From an uncultured Dictyoglomota bacterium (GTDB taxonomy: Bacteria > Dictyoglomota > Dictyoglomia > Dictyoglomales > Dictyoglomaceae): 30,726 bases of DNA. The position numbers and the translations under genes were made by a program. The notes beneath the pieces are model-generated. The model worked only from the letters and a program-made list of their open reading frames with translations. It searched no databases and was not told the DNA's origin. Positions 8,996 to 20,182 of this stretch are shown here, piece after piece. How positions within the stretch are numbered: position 1 is the stretch's first letter; the number at the start of each line of letters is the position of its first letter. The stretch is taken from positions 1 through 30,726 of the forward strand of contig CAZZIO010000043.1 in NCBI GenBank assembly GCA_964654465.1, given 5' to 3'.

Positions 8996-11900
8996 TCACT
9001 TAACTACAACAAATCCCTTAAATTTATATTTAATCGCCCCATTTGACTCTTTAATTGTAATCTTTACGAGATAATAACCATTAGGCACTAATCTACCTAA
9101 ATTGTCCTTACCATCCCATGTTACAGTATCTTGAGCTTGCACACTATTAAAAGTTCTACTATATATGGTCTTTACCAATGTACCGTTCATACTGTATATA
9201 TCTATTTTAACCTCTGATATATTTCCAAAAGAAGCCTGTACTTGGAAATCTATTCTAAGTAACCCTTTCTTAGGAGAAAAGATAGATGGCGTTACAATAA
9301 CATCTCCAGAAGCAGTTGAAGAAGCTTCTAAATTTAAGGTAAAAGTATAGGTATCATCTACAGAGTTACCAGTATTATCTGTAGCCCTTAAGATTACAGT
9401 ATAAATGCCTTTAGTCCATGTATAAGAAGTAGTATTTACAGTAAGAGTAGCTGTACGAGAATCTGAGGAAATCTGATATGTATATGTCCCAACTTCCATT
9501 CCATTAGGATCTCTAAGCTTTATGTATGTCTTATAAATGTTAGTATCAATTCCAGTAGTATTATCTTTTACTACCACTGATACTTGAGAGGGCGGTAATA
9601 CGAGTATAGCATTCTTTGTAGGATAGGTACTTTCTATATAAGGTTTACTCATGTCTAATGTAAAGGAAGTATAGGTGATAGTATAATTTCCTGCCATATC
9701 ATATAGAGTTATAGCCATATTATAAACTCCGTCTTGAGCCAAAATATCAGATGATATAGGTACTACAAGTAGGTTCTTATCAGATAAAGTAGGATCAAAA
9801 GCTAAAGGAAAATTACCTATGGGTGTAACTAAGTTTATTCCAGACTTTGTAATATCAATTCCTGTACCTGTATCTATATATTTTACTTCTATTTTTTCAA
9901 CTTTTGATACATTGCCAGTTGGCAAGACTGAAATTATAACGGGACGGCTCAAATCTATTGTAATTTTTGAGGTATTAAAGAAAGTATTCCCAAGAAGATC
10001 GGTAAGTCTTATAGTTAGATAATAATCTCCTTCTGTAAGATTATAGCCTGAAGGGATATTTAATATTAGAGTTGCATTATTAGGAGTAGTAGAGGTATAG
10101 GTATAAGTTCCAGCTATTTCAGGCCCTGCTATGATAGTACCAGATGCTGAGGAAATTTTTACAAAGGTTTTTACAGGAGATAAATCTATTCCGACACCAG
10201 CATCCCCAACTGATACTTGAATTTGAGTAAATGTATAGTTTAGGGTAGTAGAATTTAAAGAAGAATTTATAACATAAGGTGGGGTCGTATCTAATAAGAA
10301 GGTGGATGTGGTAAATGTAGAATTTCCAGCTTTATCTATTAAATAGATGCCCATATTATATATTCCATCAATCATATTTATAGATGAAGGTATATCAGCT
10401 ACAGCTAATATAGATGTGGTTTTATCTTTATTAAATAATATTTTTTGAGAATTTCCATTTGGAGTAAAGAGTTCAATATAAGAGCCTACAGGAGAATAAG
10501 GATAATTATCCCAAAGATTTAAACCAGATCCTTCATCCTTATAATTAACTCTTATCTCCGATGTCCCAATTATAGCCCCTTTAGGCTCTACATCTATAAA
10601 TTGGGGGGAAGAATTATCTATAATAAAACTTGAAGTTACCAAGCTTCCTTTATTTCCCTTTTTATCTATTGGTTCTACTTCTATAGTATAATATCCAGTT
10701 GTAAGAGCACTAGTAAATGTCCAATAAATTGTATCATGACCATTATGAGATTGAATTCCCCCTACATATCTTCCAATATTATCTCTTACCCTTATAGCAG
10801 ATTTTTCTAAATCTGGACCAATACCTCCTCCATCATCTAAAATAGCAAAAACACTGGATATATTACTCACTAAAGACCCCGAAGATGGATATATTGAGAG
10901 GACTTTAGGAGGAGTTATATCTTCTGGTACAACTATAACTTCTCCTAAAGTGATATTTGTTATTAAAGGTTTTAGGGGAACATTAATAACAGTATTACTG
11001 GTAGAATCTATGATAGTATATATTGGCTCTAAAATAACTTTATAATTTCCTGGAGGATTTCCCACAATCTTATAATACCAAGTAGTTAGATCTTCCGGTT
11101 TCTCTTTAACAAGCTCTAAATCCTTTTCACCATACCAATAAAATGTTGCAGGACTTGTTACATTCTCAAAAGCCATAGTTCTTACCACGTTGTTATTACC
11201 ATCAACAACAGATATTTTCACATTTGTCAAAGATGCTGTATAAGGCTTTATGTCAAAGCTTAGAGCTATACTACCTATGGTTATACCTTCCTGATCAAGA
11301 TAAAAAGATGGATCCCTGTTAAATTCATTCCCATAGGTGTCTGTAAAAGGTTTGGTATACGTAGCCTTATAAAATGGTTTATTCGGATCTAACATAGAAC
11401 AAAAAGGATTAGGTGTTCCTATAAGATTAGAAACTTCCACATCAGGAATATCTAAGATCAATTTACTAGATGCTGTATTAACATTTCCTGCATAATCAGC
11501 AGCAGTTATTGTATAAATAATTATTCCTTCCTTAGCCAAGGAACCACCAAAATAGCCATCCCATTCCAAATTATATGTACCAGGGACCGGACAAATTCTT
11601 CCATTCCAATCAAGTAATGTATAAGTTGCATTATTACTATCCATGAGAGTAACTGTAACTGTAGCATATTCACTTATATAAAATGATATATTGACCATGT
11701 CTCTAAAACCATCCCCATCAGGAGAAAATGGATTAGGAGACGCAGAGAGATTCTCAATAGATGGTTTTGTCCTGTCAGCTTTAACAGAAACAATAGGAGA
11801 AGTATATGTTGTCCCTGATACTTTAGTTGCTACAACATAACTATATAAAACGCCATCTGTGGTATTTGTATCAGTGTATACATTAGAAGTTACAGTAAAG

Positions 11901-12106
11901 TATGTATAAGATGGATATGGATTTCCATCACCTTCAATTCTATAAATTGTATAACTTGTAGCTCCAGAAACAGCATTCCATCTTAATTCGATACTTCCCC
12001 CAGGTAGGGGTTTTGGATAACCGGATTGCCAAGTAATAGTTTGAGCTAAAGTATAATCAATAATTAAAAATAAAAAAATTGTTAAAAATAAAACTTTTCT
12101 ATACAT
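8996..12106 (-). CDS. Large secreted/surface protein: signal peptide, FN3-like domain, two FlgD-like Ig domains, about five bacterial Ig repeats, C-terminal FlgD/T9SS-CTD-like domain
   Basis: Signal peptide; 'LRWNAVSGATSYTIYR' FN3; 'PNPFSPDGDG..D'; repeated 'D..PP/D..RP ... G.Y.....D..GN' units; C-terminus 'PSIFSP...VKIDIYSMNGTLVKTI...WDGKDNLGRLVPNGYYLVKI...KGFVVVK'; Ser/Thr-rich. Confidence 0.8.
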   Translation of the reverse strand: MYRKVLFLTIFLFLIIDYTLAQTITWQSGYPKPLPGGSIELRWNAVSGATSYTIYRIEGDGNPYPSYTYFTVTSNVYTDTNTTDGVLYSYVVATKVSGTTYTSPIVSVKADRTKPSIENLSASPNPFSPDGDGFRDMVNISFYISEYATVTVTLMDSNNATYTLLDWNGRICPVPGTYNLEWDGYFGGSLAKEGIIIYTITAADYAGNVNTASSKLILDIPDVEVSNLIGTPNPFCSMLDPNKPFYKATYTKPFTDTYGNEFNRDPSFYLDQEGITIGSIALSFDIKPYTASLTNVKISVVDGNNNVVRTMAFENVTSPATFYWYGEKDLELVKEKPEDLTTWYYKIVGNPPGNYKVILEPIYTIIDSTSNTVINVPLKPLITNITLGEVIVVPEDITPPKVLSIYPSSGSLVSNISSVFAILDDGGGIGPDLEKSAIRVRDNIGRYVGGIQSHNGHDTIYWTFTSALTTGYYTIEVEPIDKKGNKGSLVTSSFIIDNSSPQFIDVEPKGAIIGTSEIRVNYKDEGSGLNLWDNYPYSPVGSYIELFTPNGNSQKILFNKDKTTSILAVADIPSSINMIDGIYNMGIYLIDKAGNSTFTTSTFLLDTTPPYVINSSLNSTTLNYTFTQIQVSVGDAGVGIDLSPVKTFVKISSASGTIIAGPEIAGTYTYTSTTPNNATLILNIPSGYNLTEGDYYLTIRLTDLLGNTFFNTSKITIDLSRPVIISVLPTGNVSKVEKIEVKYIDTGTGIDITKSGINLVTPIGNFPLAFDPTLSDKNLLVVPISSDILAQDGVYNMAITLYDMAGNYTITYTSFTLDMSKPYIESTYPTKNAILVLPPSQVSVVVKDNTTGIDTNIYKTYIKLRDPNGMEVGTYTYQISSDSRTATLTVNTTSYTWTKGIYTVILRATDNTGNSVDDTYTFTLNLEASSTASGDVIVTPSIFSPKKGLLRIDFQVQASFGNISEVKIDIYSMNGTLVKTIYSRTFNSVQAQDTVTWDGKDNLGRLVPNGYYLVKITIKESNGAIKYKFKGFVVVK

Positions 12107-12149
12107 AAATCCCTCCCCTAATTATTCTCAATCTTAAGAATTTGTTGAT

Positions 12150-12158
12150 ATTATATCA
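12150..12158 (-). promoter_or_regulatory. Extended -10 promoter of the surface protein/beta-barrel operon
   Basis: TGATATAAT on the minus strand about 45 nt upstream of the ATG; GGGGAGGG RBS. Confidence 0.55.
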
Positions 12159-12196
12159 CAAAAATCCTTATTAACCCCATTAAACTTCTTTAATCC

Positions 12197-12226
12197 TTTA
12201 CACTTCCTTGCTTTTTCTGATATAAT
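12197..12226 (+). promoter_or_regulatory. Promoter of glpP
   Basis: -35 TTTACA (12197-12202), 18-nt spacer, extended -10 TGATATAAT (12218-12226). Confidence 0.65.
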
Positions 12227-12278
12227 AAAAACAAGAGATTATAAGTTTTTTAAAAAATCTTTGTAAGAGGGGAGAGAA

Positions 12279-12866
12279 ATGGAAAATAAAAAAATCAGTG
12301 TGAAAGAATTCCTGGACGTTATTAAGGGAAGTCCTATTATTGCCGCTGTTAGAGAAGAGGAAAGACTTCCTCAAGCTCTTCAAAGTAAATCAAAGGTCTT
12401 ATTTTTGTTAAAAACAAATGTCCTAACTTTACCCAATATTGTACAAGAGATAAAAGCTCATAATAAATTAGTATTTATCCATTTAGATTTATTAGAGGGT
12501 TTGGCACAAGACAAATATGCTTTAAGATATTTGGGAGATGTGGTAGGAATAGATGGGGTTATTACCACAAGATCCAATTTAATACAGCAAGCAAAAGCAG
12601 AAGATTTGATAGCCATACAAAGATTCTTTGTACTTGATTCTTCCGCCTTAGCCACCGGTGTAAAGATCATGCAAACAGCAGAACCTGATCTTGTAGAAAT
12701 CCTTCCTGGAATCATCTTTATTCATTTAGGAGAAGAGCTAAAAAGTCAGATTCCATACCCATTAATTGCAGGAGGATTAATAAGAACTCCAGAAGAAGCA
12801 AAGGAAATTCTTGCAGCAGGAGCAACAGCTATATCTACAACTTCTTTCACTTTGTGGAATCTTTAG
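12279..12866 (+). CDS. glpP: Glycerol-3-phosphate-responsive antiterminator, GlpP family
   Basis: PIIAAVR, VFIHLDLLEGL..D, DGVITTR, IQRFFVLDS, VEILPG, IAGGLI, ISTTS..LW motifs. Confidence 0.93.
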   Translation: MENKKISVKEFLDVIKGSPIIAAVREEERLPQALQSKSKVLFLLKTNVLTLPNIVQEIKAHNKLVFIHLDLLEGLAQDKYALRYLGDVVGIDGVITTRSNLIQQAKAEDLIAIQRFFVLDSSALATGVKIMQTAEPDLVEILPGIIFIHLGEELKSQIPYPLIAGGLIRTPEEAKEILAAGATAISTTSFTLWNL

Positions 12867-13287
12867 TCTCTAAGAATAATTGGAGAGCTCTTTTCTTATA
12901 AGAGTTTAAAAGAAGAGCATATTTAATCTCGTCGCGGGTTTCTTTATCTGGGGTTTCTTTTAGTTTCTCTCTTAGCTCTTTTTCTTCCTTTTCTAAAGTA
13001 TGAAAATCAATTTTCTCTATTATCTCTGCGTTATCGGTAATAACATATGCCTTATCTCTAATAAACTCCATAAATCCTTTACCTACTACAAAATAAGAAG
13101 ATCCTTTATCAGTTTTTGAAATAAGAATTCCAGGGATAATTCTTGCCAATGTATTTACATGTCTTGGTAAGATTCCAATCATGCCATCCTCTACCGGTAC
13201 AATAATGGAATTTACATATCCCCTATATATTACTTTTACTGGTGTTACAATCTCTAAATATACTTCCTTCTTAACATCTTCTTTCAT
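12847..13287 (-). CDS. atpC: F-type ATP synthase epsilon subunit
   Basis: LEIVTP, G.IGILPRH, GFME; follows atpD. Confidence 0.93.
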   Translation of the reverse strand: MKEDVKKEVYLEIVTPVKVIYRGYVNSIIVPVEDGMIGILPRHVNTLARIIPGILISKTDKGSSYFVVGKGFMEFIRDKAYVITDNAEIIEKIDFHTLEKEEKELREKLKETPDKETRDEIKYALLLNSYKKRALQLFLETKDSTK

Positions 13288-13289
13288 GG

Positions 13290-15532
<2,243 letters not shown>

Positions 15533-15561
<29 letters not shown>

Positions 15562-17062
15562 ATTCTTTTTGAAATTCCTGAAATGTAGTATGAAGTTGAT
15601 AAATTATTTGATCTGATAATTCTAATTGCTGTCTTAGTAAAACCAATAGAGACGAAGCCTTAAGTTTTAGATAAGCAATATATTTAACTACCACATCCTT
15701 AACTTTTTCTACAGGATAAGAGTCCAGAAATCCACCATTAGCAAGATAAAAGGTTATAATTTGTTCTTCTATTGGCTGTACCTCATGAGCACCTTGTTTA
15801 AGAATTTCCTCAATTCTTTTGCCTCTTTCTATCTTTTTCTGAGTAGCCATATCAAGTTCTGTACCAAATTCAAGGAACATTGCATATTCCCTATATTGAG
15901 CAAGATCAAGTCTTAATCTTCCAGCAACTTGTCTCATTCCTCTTGGTTGAGCAGAACCACCTACCCTTGATACCGAAAGTCCCACATTTATGGCAGGACG
16001 AATACCTGAATTAAATAAAGATGTATCAAGATAGATTTGTCCATCAGTTATAGATATGAGATTTGTAGGAATATAAGTTGCAATTTCTCCTGCTAAGGTT
16101 TCTGCAATTGGTAAAGCAGTAAGAGCTCCTCCACCTAATCTTTTATTTAATTTGGCAGCTCTCTCTAAAAGATGAGCATGAAGATAGAAAATATCCCCAG
16201 GATAAGCCTCTCTTCCAGGTGTTCTTCTCAATAGTAATGCTATTTCTCTGTAAGTATTAGCATGTTTTGTAAGATCATCATAAACTACAAGTACCTTTTC
16301 CCCTTGATGCATAAAATACTCACCCATAGCACATCCTGCCATAGGAGCAATATATCTTAATGCGGGTGCTTCATCAGGAAAGGTTGCTATTACTATAGTA
16401 TGGGAAAGAGCATCATATTCTCTCAGAGTTTGCACAAGCCTTGCAATATTTGTCCTTTTTTGAGCAATAGCTACATAAATACAGATGGTGCCATAATTCT
16501 TTTGATTTATAATAGTATCAATAGCAATTGTAGTTTTTCCAGTCTGTCTATCCCCTAATATTAGCTCTCTTTGCCCATGTCCAATAGGAATTAAAGCATC
16601 TATCGTTCTTATACCTGTATACAAAGGCTCTTTTACAGGCTCTCTATCAAAAATACTTGGCGCTTCCCTATCCACAGGCATATATCTCTCAGGGAAAATA
16701 GGCCCACCATCATCTAATGGATCTCCAAGAGGATCTATTACTCTTCCCAAATATCCCCTACCAACTGGCACTTGTAATATTTTACCAGTGGAGTATACTA
16801 TATCTCCTTCTTTTACATATTCGTCTTTTCCAAAAAGAACTATTCCAACTGTATCTTCTTTCAAACTAAGTACAAGACCCTCAACCCCAGATTCAAAGAC
16901 TACCATCTCTCCTACAAAAGCTGAGTTCAAAAGCGTAGCCTGTACTACTCCGTCTCCCACACTTTTTACATAACCAATATTAGATATTCTTGGAGAAAAA
17001 TCATATTCTTTTAATTTTTCTTCAATTCTTTCTATAGGAAAGCGTAATATTTCCTCCCTCAT
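15533..17062 (-). CDS. atpA: F-type ATP synthase alpha subunit
   Basis: GQRELILGDRQTGKT, YDDLTKHA, PGREAYPGD, SITDGQI, GLSVSRVG. Confidence 0.98.
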
Positions 17063-17796
17063 ATATTCTCAACCTCTTTTAGGAATTCATAAATTTGTGA
17101 AAGATGATACTCTAAGGAATTATCAATAAGAAATTCTCCTATCAATAATTTAAAACCAAGACCCATATTAGGATCTACCTCAAAAGAAAGTTTATAACCT
17201 CCTGGAAGAATTGACCTCAATTTTTCTTCAATCTGAGCTTTCAATGAGGGTTTGATATTATCCGAAGAAATAAATTTAACTTCCTCCAAATTATTTGGTT
17301 TTACCTGAGAAATTACTAAATTCATACCATTAACAAATTTAATAATAAGGAGCTCTTCCGTACCTTCGGGTAAGAATCTTCTGAAGAATTCCTTTATAAT
17401 AATCTTGGATAGATCCAAAATCTCTTTTTTAGCTATCTCCAAGGCTCTTTTTCTTTCTGCCATCGATATTTCATGAGCTCTTATAATAATTCTCTCTGCT
17501 TCTTCTTCTGCCTTCTGGAGTATATCCCTCTTCATCTTCTCAGCAGTATCCACTGCTTCTTGGATAATTTTAGATGCCTCCTCTCTTGCACGAGAAAGCT
17601 GTTCTTCTCTTTGTTTTTTCAATTCTTCTGCCTCTTTTAATTTAGTCTCTGCCTCTAAAATTGCACTTTCTATCTTTTTTTTTCTTTCATCCATTATCCT
17701 AATGATAGAACCTAAAAGATATCTTTTAACTAACCAGGCAAGAGCAAGCAGGTTTACAATAGTAGATATTATAGTGAGAAGACTAAATGAAAACAT
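17059..17796 (-). CDS. atpF: ATP synthase b subunit with delta-like C-terminal extension (N-ATPase-type b)
   Basis: N-terminal TM helix, long coiled coil, then 'EVDPNMGLGFKLLIGEFLIDNSL', resembling the delta/OSCP C-terminal motif; 245 aa. Confidence 0.88.
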   Translation of the reverse strand: MFSFSLLTIISTIVNLLALAWLVKRYLLGSIIRIMDERKKKIESAILEAETKLKEAEELKKQREEQLSRAREEASKIIQEAVDTAEKMKRDILQKAEEEAERIIIRAHEISMAERKRALEIAKKEILDLSKIIIKEFFRRFLPEGTEELLIIKFVNGMNLVISQVKPNNLEEVKFISSDNIKPSLKAQIEEKLRSILPGGYKLSFEVDPNMGLGFKLLIGEFLIDNSLEYHLSQIYEFLKEVENI

Positions 17797-17813
17797 ATTT
17801 TTCCCTTCTTAAT

Positions 17814-18071
17814 TTATGAGATTTTTCCCAAAAGAGGATTTGCAAAAAGAAGTATAAGAGCTACACTTAATGTAAATATCATAATAGTCTCAATAAAGGC
17901 AAGGGCAAAAAGAAGCATACGGTTAATTTGATCAGCAGCCTCTGGTTGTCGAGCCACACTTTCAAAAGCACTTGCAGCTGCATTTCCCTGAGCCTTTGTA
18001 GCATTCATACCTACTAATGCAACAGAAAAACCTGCTGTAACAATAGAAACAATAATTACCCATACGATCAT
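17814..18071 (-). CDS. atpE: ATP synthase c subunit
   Basis: Helical hairpin with ARQPE loop, carboxylate in 'AFIETIMIF', ending ILLFANP; AAAGGAGGT RBS. Confidence 0.96.
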   Translation of the reverse strand: MIVWVIIVSIVTAGFSVALVGMNATKAQGNAAASAFESVARQPEAADQINRMLLFALAFIETIMIFTLSVALILLFANPLLGKIS

Positions 18072-18085
18072 ATTCTTTACCTCCT

Positions 18086-18748
18086 TTACTCTTCTAAAGC
18101 TGCTGCAAGATATGCAGCGCTAAGGCTTGTAAATATAAAAGCTTGAATAAATCCCATAAACATATTCAAGGCCATAATAGGTACAGGAACAATCAAAGGT
18201 GCAAGAATAGTAATTATTCCAAGAACAATATGTTCACCAGAGATATTTCCAAAAAGTCGCAGTGCAAGAGATACAGGACGGGTTATCTGCTCAAGGATAT
18301 TTATAGGAAGAAATAGGATAGAAGGTGAGATAAAACTCTTAAAATATTCTATTCCCTTCTCTTTAAAGGCTACATATTGAATATACAAAATAGTACCTAT
18401 AGCAAGACCTGCTGTTACATTAATGTCGGATGTAGGAGAAGTAAAACCCGGTATAAAGCCAGACCAATTTGATATAAGGATGAATAAAAAAAGAGTCCCA
18501 AAAAAAGCAAGGTGTCTATCTGCTACATCCTCAGGTAAAAAACCAGTAATGTATCTTTTGAACATTTCAACAAGAGTTTCAACAATATTTTCCTTAGTGG
18601 TAAGCTCTTCTCTGGGTTTATAACTAAACCAAAATAAAAGAACAAGAACTATTAGAGATATAATCTGTAGGGATATGAAAGTGTCAGTAATAGGTATACC
18701 AAAGATTTCTCCTATAATTCGAGGTCCTATTTCAGGCCCTTTTTCCAT
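18086..18748 (-). CDS. atpB: ATP synthase a subunit
   Basis: SPTSDIN, RPVSLALRLFGN, FIQAFIFTSL..AY. Confidence 0.96.
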   Translation of the reverse strand: MEKGPEIGPRIIGEIFGIPITDTFISLQIISLIVLVLLFWFSYKPREELTTKENIVETLVEMFKRYITGFLPEDVADRHLAFFGTLFLFILISNWSGFIPGFTSPTSDINVTAGLAIGTILYIQYVAFKEKGIEYFKSFISPSILFLPINILEQITRPVSLALRLFGNISGEHIVLGIITILAPLIVPVPIMALNMFMGFIQAFIFTSLSAAYLAAALEE

Positions 18749-19073
18749 CCTTATTCCTCCATGTTATTATCATCATATATCCTTGCCCTATTAAATAGCC
18801 AATTAAAAATAATATAATTCCTACAAAGCCAGCTCTCAAACTTAATAAAAAAGCTAAAATCAAAACTCCATATCTTTTTATTATACTTCTATTATATCCT
18901 CCTATTCCATACCTTTTTAAATCATAAGCTAACCAACAAAAAGTTATTATACTACCACATAATCCAAAAATCAAAGATGATATGGGAGGATATAAAAAGA
19001 AGAAAACAAGTCCTATCAGTACTCCTATAAAGGCAATCTTCAAATATTTACCGTAGAAATCTAAAGATATCAC
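18732..19073 (-). CDS. atpI: ATP synthase accessory membrane protein (AtpI/AtpR-like)
   Basis: About four hydrophobic segments; directly upstream of atpB; GTG start uncertain. Confidence 0.65.
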   Translation of the reverse strand: MISLDFYGKYLKIAFIGVLIGLVFFFLYPPISSLIFGLCGSIITFCWLAYDLKRYGIGGYNRSIIKRYGVLILAFLLSLRAGFVGIILFLIGYLIGQGYMMIITWRNKDGKRA

Positions 19074-19254
19074 GGAAACCTACCCATATTCCAAGAACTG
19101 TAAATCCTAAAAGAAAAACAGGTGATGTACCAAAAACTTTATCTAAATAATATCCTATAAAGATACTAACCAACAAAGAACCAAGAAGCCCTGTTCCAAG
19201 GGCAAAAGTAAAATTAAATATCTCCCAAATGTTCTTAGGTTTCTTTTTATTCAT
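19048..19254 (-). CDS. AtpZ/AtpQ family (ATPase_gene1) protein
   Basis: IGYYLDKVFGTSPVFLL...LG motif; first gene of the atp cluster. Confidence 0.85.
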   Translation of the reverse strand: MNKKKPKNIWEIFNFTFALGTGLLGSLLVSIFIGYYLDKVFGTSPVFLLGFTVLGIWVGFRDIFRFLR

Positions 19255-19264
19255 TTTTTTAAAA

Positions 19265-19726
19265 TCAAAATTTTTTTATCTGTCTCAACGCCTCATAAAC
19301 CACTATAGCTACTGAATTTGATAAATTTAAAGATCTAACTGGACCAAACATGGGTATAGTTATTGAATTCTCCCAATACTTATTGACAATATCCTCTGGT
19401 ATTCCTTCATCTTCAGATCCAAATATCAGATAATCTCCTTCTCTATACTCTACCTCAGTATAAAATTTATAGGCAGGAAATTCAACTAAGAAAAACCTTC
19501 CCCTTTTATTCTTCTCATAAAAATCTTCCCAACTCTTGTAAGTTTCGTAATCAAGATAACTCCAGTAATCAAGACCTGCTCTTTTTAAATATTTATCTGT
19601 CAAGGAAAAACCAAGCTTACCAACTAAATGAAGCTTGGAATTAGTTGCCACACATAACCTGCCAATATTACCAGTATTATAAGGAATCTGTGGTTCTATA
19701 AGTACTACATGGAGATTATGCTTCAT
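19265..19726 (-). CDS. trmL: tRNA (cytidine/uridine(34)-2'-O)-methyltransferase
   Basis: PQIPYNTGNIGRLC, KRAGLDYW, FGSE..G, RSLNLSNSVAIVVYEALRQ. Confidence 0.95.
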   Translation of the reverse strand: MKHNLHVVLIEPQIPYNTGNIGRLCVATNSKLHLVGKLGFSLTDKYLKRAGLDYWSYLDYETYKSWEDFYEKNKRGRFFLVEFPAYKFYTEVEYREGDYLIFGSEDEGIPEDIVNKYWENSITIPMFGPVRSLNLSNSVAIVVYEALRQIKKF

Positions 19727-20178
19727 TAACCTTTGAGAAGCTCCTCTACTATCTTTCTTATCCTTTCTCCTTCAGCCAATCCTTTTAATCCAGAAATTGC
19801 TTCTTTCATAACCTTTCCCATATCTTTGATATTAGTAGCTCCAACTTTCTCTATTATTTCCTTAATCTTTATCCTTAATTCCTCATCTGATAGCTCTGCT
19901 GGTACATATTCCTCTAAAATCTTTAATTCCCTCTCTTCTTTTTCAGCAAGGTCAAGCCTCCCACCTTGATTATACATTTCAATAGCTTCTCTTCTTTTTT
20001 TAAGCTCCTTCTTAATTACCTCTAACACTTCTCCATCATCTAATTCTTTACCCTTTTCTCTTAACTCAATTTCTCTATACTTGATTGCAGATCTTAAAGT
20101 GCTTAAAACTTCTGCCCTAAAATTATCTTTGTTTTTTAGAGCAGTCATATAATCTTTTGTGATCTTTTCATAGAGCAT
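19726..20178 (-). CDS. GatB/YqeY domain protein
   Basis: K.RREAIEMY..GGR.DLAEKE..E, KDMGKVM. Confidence 0.92.
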   Translation of the reverse strand: MLYEKITKDYMTALKNKDNFRAEVLSTLRSAIKYREIELREKGKELDDGEVLEVIKKELKKRREAIEMYNQGGRLDLAEKEERELKILEEYVPAELSDEELRIKIKEIIEKVGATNIKDMGKVMKEAISGLKGLAEGERIRKIVEELLKG

Positions 20179-20182
20179 TGTT

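Noticed and set aside
17040-17080. Possible missed or frameshifted atpH between atpF and atpA
   Set aside because: atpF and atpA overlap by 4 nt and both frames are intact.
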